From a virus, in the UHGV virus genome UHGV-0277313: 64,000 nt of DNA, one strand, 5' to 3'. The position numbers were made by a program, and so were the translations under genes. Positions 58,988 to 64,000 of the stretch are shown here, in pieces (within the stretch, counting starts at the first letter, position 1; every line of letters starts with the position of its first letter). The notes under the pieces were generated by a model. It saw nothing but the letters and a program-made list of their open reading frames with translations, searched no databases and was not told where the DNA came from.

Positions 58988-60930
58988 TAGAACCGCACCT
59001 TTGCTTCATCATATGAAATCACTTCAATACCTAAATCTTTTGCTTTTTTCACTTTTGATGAAGATGAATTTGGATCTTTTGCAATAACTAAATTGCATTC
59101 TTTTGAAACAGATGACAATACAACACCACCGTTTTGTTTGATATTCTGTTCCATATCTTTGTCACGAACACCAGTAAAAACCACTTTTACATCTTTGAAT
59201 TTATCAGACAATTTCTCTACAGTCTTGAATACAACAATGTTCTTTAAATGTTTTTCACAAAAAGACTTCCAATAGCGTAAATTACTCAAACCTGATTCAT
59301 ACTTTTTAATAGTCTCTTCGGCAAAACCAGGAATTGATTCAAGTTGTTCTTTTGTAACATCTAAAGTCCCAAAAACTTCAAAAACTTTTTCCAAACGTTT
59401 TTCAGCTATTAATGAACCAAAAACATCAACAGCAGCAAAGAATGCGGGTTCAGTTACATTAGACAATTTGTCACGTAATGACTGAAACAACCTCTTTCCA
59501 TTTACACCAATTGCTTTTACAAACCTTGATTCAGGTTCAATTAAAAAATTTTCTAACGTGTAATCTTTTTCTTTAATGAATGATGTATTCATCATTTTAA
59601 TAACATTTGCTAAACCAGCTTGTTCAACTTTTAAAGACGAACAAAAATATGCAATCTTTTTAGCTGATACTAATGAATACAAATCATCTAATGAACCATC
59701 ATTTACATTTCTGTCCAAACATAAATCAACACCTTCAACATGTGAATGATTTTTGATGTTTTCAGCAATCCCAAAATCACTTGAATGAGTTAAAACTTCT
59801 ACAACATTTGGAATTACTTCACCACAGCGTTTAATTACAACTTCAGATCCAATCCCAATGCCATTATCTTCAATCCATTGATAATTATTCATTGTTGCTC
59901 TTGATACTGTTACACCATTCAAATCAACAGGTGCAAGAATTGCAACAGGTTTTAGTTTATAGTCTTTAGAAGGATTCCATTCTATATCTTCTACAACTGT
60001 TTTGGCTTCTAAATTTGTTGCCCCAATTTTAAATTTTCTGGAATCTTTAGGGTTTAAAGTTCCTGTTTCATTTCCTTTATGTTTTGCATCAGGATTATTC
60101 AATGTTAAAATAATACCGTCGCATTCATACGGATCGTTTTCTTTAACGTTTTTAACGGTTTCAATCAAGAAATCTTCCGTAATTTCTGATCCTTTTAAAA
60201 CACCATGAACATTTGCAACAAGAAAACCTGCAGCCTTCAAAATATCTAAAGATTCTTTAAAAGTTGATATTTCATCAACATAATCAATTAATTTATATGT
60301 CACAAAATTTGCATATTTATAAAAAGCTTTTGTTGCTACTTTTGAATTCATTTGACCAGCAACTGCATTACGGGCGTTTTTATAACGTTTACCTGTTTCT
60401 TCTTCGACTTCATCAATAAACTTTTCAATATCAGCTTTCGGTATGATAATTTCGCCACGAACTTTTCCTTCAGGAATATACCCCTTCACCTTAAATTTAT
60501 TATAGTGACGAGTAATATCAGCTCCTTCAATACCATTTCCACGTGACTGCGCACACTTTAACTTTCCATTTTCAAAAGTTAAGCCACAAGAAATTCCATC
60601 TAATTTCGAAGTGATGACGTACTCACTATCGTCTTGTTTCCACTTTTCCCAATCACCAGATTTCAATTCATTCATTGAACCCATTGTGAATTCAAGCGGA
60701 ACTTTACTTCCACGTTCAGGTGCACCAACCTCATTAAAAAATTCATCATTAGGAAACTTTTGTTTAAAGAAGTTATACATCTGATCATATAATGCATCAG
60801 TGACTTCATCACCAACATTAGCTGAAAAGTCTTCACCTTGCAGAATCTGAACATCTTCATCTGTCAAAGTGTACACATCACCAACATTATAACTATCAGC
60901 GCATTTTCTTAAAACATCTAAAACTTGCAT
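58987..60930 (-). CDS. ligA: NAD+-dependent DNA ligase (LigA family) with C-terminal BRCT
   Basis: The adenylation motif is TSKLDGIS (KxDG). The OB/Zn/HhH regions are followed by a BRCT-like segment VVFTGVRDKDMEQNIKQNGGVV. Confidence 0.85.
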   Translation of the reverse strand: MQVLDVLRKCADSYNVGDVYTLTDEDVQILQGEDFSANVGDEVTDALYDQMYNFFKQKFPNDEFFNEVGAPERGSKVPLEFTMGSMNELKSGDWEKWKQDDSEYVITSKLDGISCGLTFENGKLKCAQSRGNGIEGADITRHYNKFKVKGYIPEGKVRGEIIIPKADIEKFIDEVEEETGKRYKNARNAVAGQMNSKVATKAFYKYANFVTYKLIDYVDEISTFKESLDILKAAGFLVANVHGVLKGSEITEDFLIETVKNVKENDPYECDGIILTLNNPDAKHKGNETGTLNPKDSRKFKIGATNLEAKTVVEDIEWNPSKDYKLKPVAILAPVDLNGVTVSRATMNNYQWIEDNGIGIGSEVVIKRCGEVIPNVVEVLTHSSDFGIAENIKNHSHVEGVDLCLDRNVNDGSLDDLYSLVSAKKIAYFCSSLKVEQAGLANVIKMMNTSFIKEKDYTLENFLIEPESRFVKAIGVNGKRLFQSLRDKLSNVTEPAFFAAVDVFGSLIAEKRLEKVFEVFGTLDVTKEQLESIPGFAEETIKKYESGLSNLRYWKSFCEKHLKNIVVFKTVEKLSDKFKDVKVVFTGVRDKDMEQNIKQNGGVVLSSVSKECNLVIAKDPNSSSSKVKKAKDLGIEVISYDEAKVRF

Positions 60931-60960
60931 GTTAAACCCCTACCCATTGAAAGTAAACTG

Positions 60961-60989
60961 ATTCTAGAACAAAATAGCTTAATTGTCAA
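60961..60989 (-). promoter_or_regulatory. sigma70-type promoter for ligase (TTGACA-N17-TAGAAT on minus strand)
   Basis: The minus-strand sequence is tgTTGACAattaagctattttgttcTAGAATcag. The start codon lies about 30 nt downstream. Confidence 0.55.
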
Positions 60990-60991
60990 CA

Positions 60992-61020
60992 TAAAAGAAA
61001 CGGGGCTTTCGCCCCGTTTC
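60992..61020 (-). terminator. rho-independent terminator after the recombinase gene
   Basis: The stem aaacggggc/gccccgttt has the loop tttc. A T-rich run follows on the minus strand. Confidence 0.6.
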
Positions 61021-61021
61021 G

Positions 61022-62272
61022 TTATACATCAATTTTGTCTAAAGCTTCATCAAGTTTACTATCAAGTTCATCAGATTTTGCTTTTGATTCGCTTGACGTT
61101 TCTTTTGCCTTGAGCAAGTCATCTAATTCAAGATACAACTTTTTTAACAAAGTTTCATATTTAATTCGCCACATTTCATGTTCAGCAGATTTATTATAAT
61201 AAGCTGCATATTCTATCAGTTTCATCAAATACGGATCTTCACGCAACTTAACAGTCAACTTTTTAGTTCCGTTGATTTTGCAATATTCATTATTATGATG
61301 ATCAATTACTGTAATCCATGCACCAGAACCAGTTATAAAAGGTTGAGCATTACCATTTTCCATCGCAAAAGTTGCAGCAGAAGCGTATTTGTCAAACCCT
61401 TCAATTAGATTCATAATAACAGGTACAGGTTTAGCAACACCTGTCACTTTGTTTTTCAACATATCCAATTCAACTTCGTACCCAATGATTGGATTTTTCA
61501 TATTGTCATCTTTATAAATAGGCGCACGTCTTTTAACAAACACTCGTGATGAACAATAATGTTTTAGAGCCTGACCACCAGTTGTTGACCACTTCATGTT
61601 TCCATACATGTCTTTACCAGCTTCACGAACCTGTTGAATGATGATAGCTGAATGACCATATTGGGCACAACGATAGTTTAATTTTCTTAATTCACGTGAA
61701 TTAATTCGAGCATTTAACATCATACCAGACCCATAAACATCGTCACTTTCCATTTCTTGACGAGGACCTGCTGCTGTCAACGTATCCCAAACAATCAGTA
61801 AAGGTACTTTGTCACCATACTTTTCGTATACTTTTGTTTGTACTTTAGCAATTTGGTCGTAACCTTCTTCCATAATTGCTGTTTCAAATACAATAACACG
61901 ACTTAAATCAATACCAATCATTTCACAACGAATTTTATCCATCGTTGATTCTGATTCAATACGTAAACACAATGCATGTTTATTTGTTTTAAGCCAACTA
62001 GCAACAACACTATCACATAAAGTTGATTTACCATGCGATTCAGGGCCTGAAATTTCATATGTACGACCTCTTGTAATGCCACCACCAAAAGCAAGATCAA
62101 GCGGAATCAAACCTGTGGAAATCATTTTACTAGGATCAACAGATTCAATGTCATTAGCACTAATTGCTTCAATTTCTTTGTCACCACATAACAAATCACT
62201 AACAAGATCAATATTGTCTAGTTCAGATTCATCTTCGATACGTTTTACTGGTTCTTCTTTCTTTTTAGCCAT
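61022..62272 (-). CDS. uvsX: RecA/UvsX-family recombinase
   Basis: The segment ISTGLIPLDLAFGGGITRGRTYEISGPESHGKSTL matches the RecA segment [35 protein letters not shown]. Confidence 0.85.
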   Translation of the reverse strand: MAKKKEEPVKRIEDESELDNIDLVSDLLCGDKEIEAISANDIESVDPSKMISTGLIPLDLAFGGGITRGRTYEISGPESHGKSTLCDSVVASWLKTNKHALCLRIESESTMDKIRCEMIGIDLSRVIVFETAIMEEGYDQIAKVQTKVYEKYGDKVPLLIVWDTLTAAGPRQEMESDDVYGSGMMLNARINSRELRKLNYRCAQYGHSAIIIQQVREAGKDMYGNMKWSTTGGQALKHYCSSRVFVKRRAPIYKDDNMKNPIIGYEVELDMLKNKVTGVAKPVPVIMNLIEGFDKYASAATFAMENGNAQPFITGSGAWITVIDHHNNEYCKINGTKKLTVKLREDPYLMKLIEYAAYYNKSAEHEMWRIKYETLLKKLYLELDDLLKAKETSSESKAKSDELDSKLDEALDKIDV

Positions 62273-62330
62273 TAGAATTCCTCATTAAAAATGAAGGGCA
62301 GACAATATTTATTGCCTACCCTTCGGCAAA

Positions 62331-63635
62331 TTAATCAACGATACCCAATTCTTTTGTATGATCAATACCTGTCAACGCCTTAATGCACAATGCACAATTT
62401 GAAGAGAAAGGATCGATTAAACAATCGTAATTATTTAAAGCATCGTATTTGTCATGACGACCAAAACACTGCATTTTACAGCCATCACGATATTTTTCAA
62501 CAATCGCCTGTTGCTGTGGTGTTAAATGATCATAGTCAATATTTACAGACGGCGCAGCTGCAACTGGCTGTTCTGGTTGAGTGACTGTTCCTGCAACCGC
62601 CTGTGTGTCAAAAGGGATTTCGTCATCCAAAATTTCTGAATTCTGCATTCCCTGATTATACGTATTAAATGTCGGCTGCTGCACATTTGGTGCTAATGAT
62701 ACATTCTGAACAGGCTGCTGCATTGGCATCTGAACAGGTTGCTGAACAAACTGCGGTTGCATATTCATTGCCGGTACTGCCTGCTGCAACGGATTCACAA
62801 TAGGAATCTGTTTAGTAACAGCAACAGGTGCAGGTGCTTCTGAAACAGATACAGCAGACATCTGGTTAACTGAATTTTCAATCAAACCTTTGGCACGCAA
62901 AATCTTTTCTTTTACTTCTTTTGCTGTCTGTTTAATTGTCATCATTTTTTCATCAGACGGAAGTTTAAAAATCTTCTTCAACTGAATTCTTTCGTTTTCA
63001 GCAAGCAATTCATCACGATTTTCAACTGAACCACCCAAAATACCACACTGTGGCATTGAAGAATCCATCAGCTTAACATTCCAATGTTTTTCTTTCTCGC
63101 CACGTGACAAAACATAGGCGACGCCAACATTAGGATCTAAAACATCAGGAGAATCAGGACTGTTATAAAGCGTTGCAATGCTCTGGAAAACAGGCAAAGG
63201 AACTTTAAAAAATGAAATCTTATTCATTGGTAAAGAATCTTCATTTGGTGCTTCCATCATTAAGACTTTCATTGCAACCATTTTTGAAGCCTTCATTTTC
63301 CAAAAACCTTTAACATCAACGCCCATATTTTCTAATTCGCGAAAAGCTTCGCAAACAGGGCAGATAGCACCTGGTGCATCAAAATTCTCTACACAGGGGA
63401 CGTATTTTGATTTCTCATCATCATTAAATTTAATCCAATGATTACCGACAAACTCACCAAAAAAATTATTCTGATCGGCCGTCATTGGCATAATACGAAA
63501 AACATAACGGCCAAATCTTTCCAAATTAAAGAATTTAGATTTTTCATATTCTCCCGATTCGTTTTTCTGACCATTAACCGTTTCAAACTTTTTATTCAAA
63601 ATTGCCAGTCTTGCTGGATCTAACGCTACTTTCAT
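62331..63635 (-). CDS. gp32-type single-stranded DNA-binding protein with extended Q/P-rich linker and extra Cys-rich C-terminal domain
   Basis: The N-terminus MKVALDPARLAILNKKFETVNGQK...RYVFRIMP and the zinc site CVENFDAPGAICPVCEAF resemble T4 gp32. An acidic EILDDEIPFD follows, then about 75 aa with 6 Cys. Confidence 0.75.
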   Translation of the reverse strand: MKVALDPARLAILNKKFETVNGQKNESGEYEKSKFFNLERFGRYVFRIMPMTADQNNFFGEFVGNHWIKFNDDEKSKYVPCVENFDAPGAICPVCEAFRELENMGVDVKGFWKMKASKMVAMKVLMMEAPNEDSLPMNKISFFKVPLPVFQSIATLYNSPDSPDVLDPNVGVAYVLSRGEKEKHWNVKLMDSSMPQCGILGGSVENRDELLAENERIQLKKIFKLPSDEKMMTIKQTAKEVKEKILRAKGLIENSVNQMSAVSVSEAPAPVAVTKQIPIVNPLQQAVPAMNMQPQFVQQPVQMPMQQPVQNVSLAPNVQQPTFNTYNQGMQNSEILDDEIPFDTQAVAGTVTQPEQPVAAAPSVNIDYDHLTPQQQAIVEKYRDGCKMQCFGRHDKYDALNNYDCLIDPFSSNCALCIKALTGIDHTKELGIVD

Positions 63636-63647
63636 GATTCACCTATA

Positions 63648-63950
63648 CTAAACATTATTTGACAAGATTTTATTTGTGGAATTCAAAACAAAATACAAAT
63701 CAGTCAGAGTCGATACCCACTTTGTACAACATCTATTCTGCTTTAACAGAGAAGCGTATTTTGAATTGGTATTCTCAAGGTCAAAGGATTCTCTAGTTGC
63801 TTTAATCAACTCCTCCGTATACTTTAACCCTTGTTGTTTGATACTATTAAAAGCGTTTAAATATGCTACAGAATCTTGCTTTCTTAATGCTGCTTCAGTT
63901 TTGATCCTCATATTTTCCAATTCATTTTTAAAAAAAACTATATCGGTCAA
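63648..63950 (-). CDS. hypothetical protein
   Basis: The ORF encodes 100 aa. Confidence 0.35.
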   Translation of the reverse strand: MTDIVFFKNELENMRIKTEAALRKQDSVAYLNAFNSIKQQGLKYTEELIKATRESFDLENTNSKYASLLKQNRCCTKWVSTLTDLYFVLNSTNKILSNNV

Positions 63951-64000
63951 TATTACTGTTCGATCATCTAAATTCTTTCGATTAAAGTTTCTTGCGCTTT

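Noticed and set aside
1-64000. CRISPR arrays or long direct/inverted repeats
   Set aside because: No regularly spaced short repeats were seen. The only repeats are protein-level (fibre repeats, intein paralogy) and promoter motifs.

Overview
This 64-kb window reads as a contiguous piece of an AT-rich (about 30% GC by eye) contractile-tailed phage genome (myovirus). It has a T4-like tail sheath and tube, a gp32-type SSB and a UvsX/RecA recombinase, but its gene order is not T4-like. Positions 1 to about 10,100 form a plus-strand early block of small genes. These are driven by at least seven promoters of the form aTTGACAaa-N16/17-TAnnnT (a sigma-70-type -35 and -10) and are separated by rho-independent terminators. 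The block encodes a GapR/DUF2312-like nucleoid protein, a ThyX-family protein, two paralogous winged-helix/NUMOD1 DNA-binding proteins, a lipoprotein, a glutaredoxin and a peptidase-M15 endolysin (the endolysin is on the minus strand). Positions 10.7 to 18.3 kb (plus strand) hold three tail-fibre or tailspike genes, one of them beta-helix containing, followed by a 430-aa lipoprotein. From 18.3 to 63.9 kb almost everything is on the minus strand. This stretch contains a LysM baseplate protein, a hub-like protein, a tape-measure protein, tail tube and sheath, a run of very large unknown proteins (809, 1848 and 572 aa), and acidic proteins. It also contains a terminase large-subunit gene that carries five inteins; one of these is a split intein whose halves lie on two ORFs with a free-standing GIY-YIG homing-endonuclease gene between them. 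A replication and recombination module follows: an XPD/DinG-like Fe-S helicase, a metallophosphoesterase, an NAD-dependent DNA ligase, a UvsX/RecA-family recombinase and gp32. No rRNA, tRNA or CRISPR array was recognised. Coordinates of sub-features inside ORFs were computed from the ORF track by residue offset. Intergenic motifs were read directly from the sequence and may be off by a few nucleotides. All annotations come from motif recognition by eye, with no database search.
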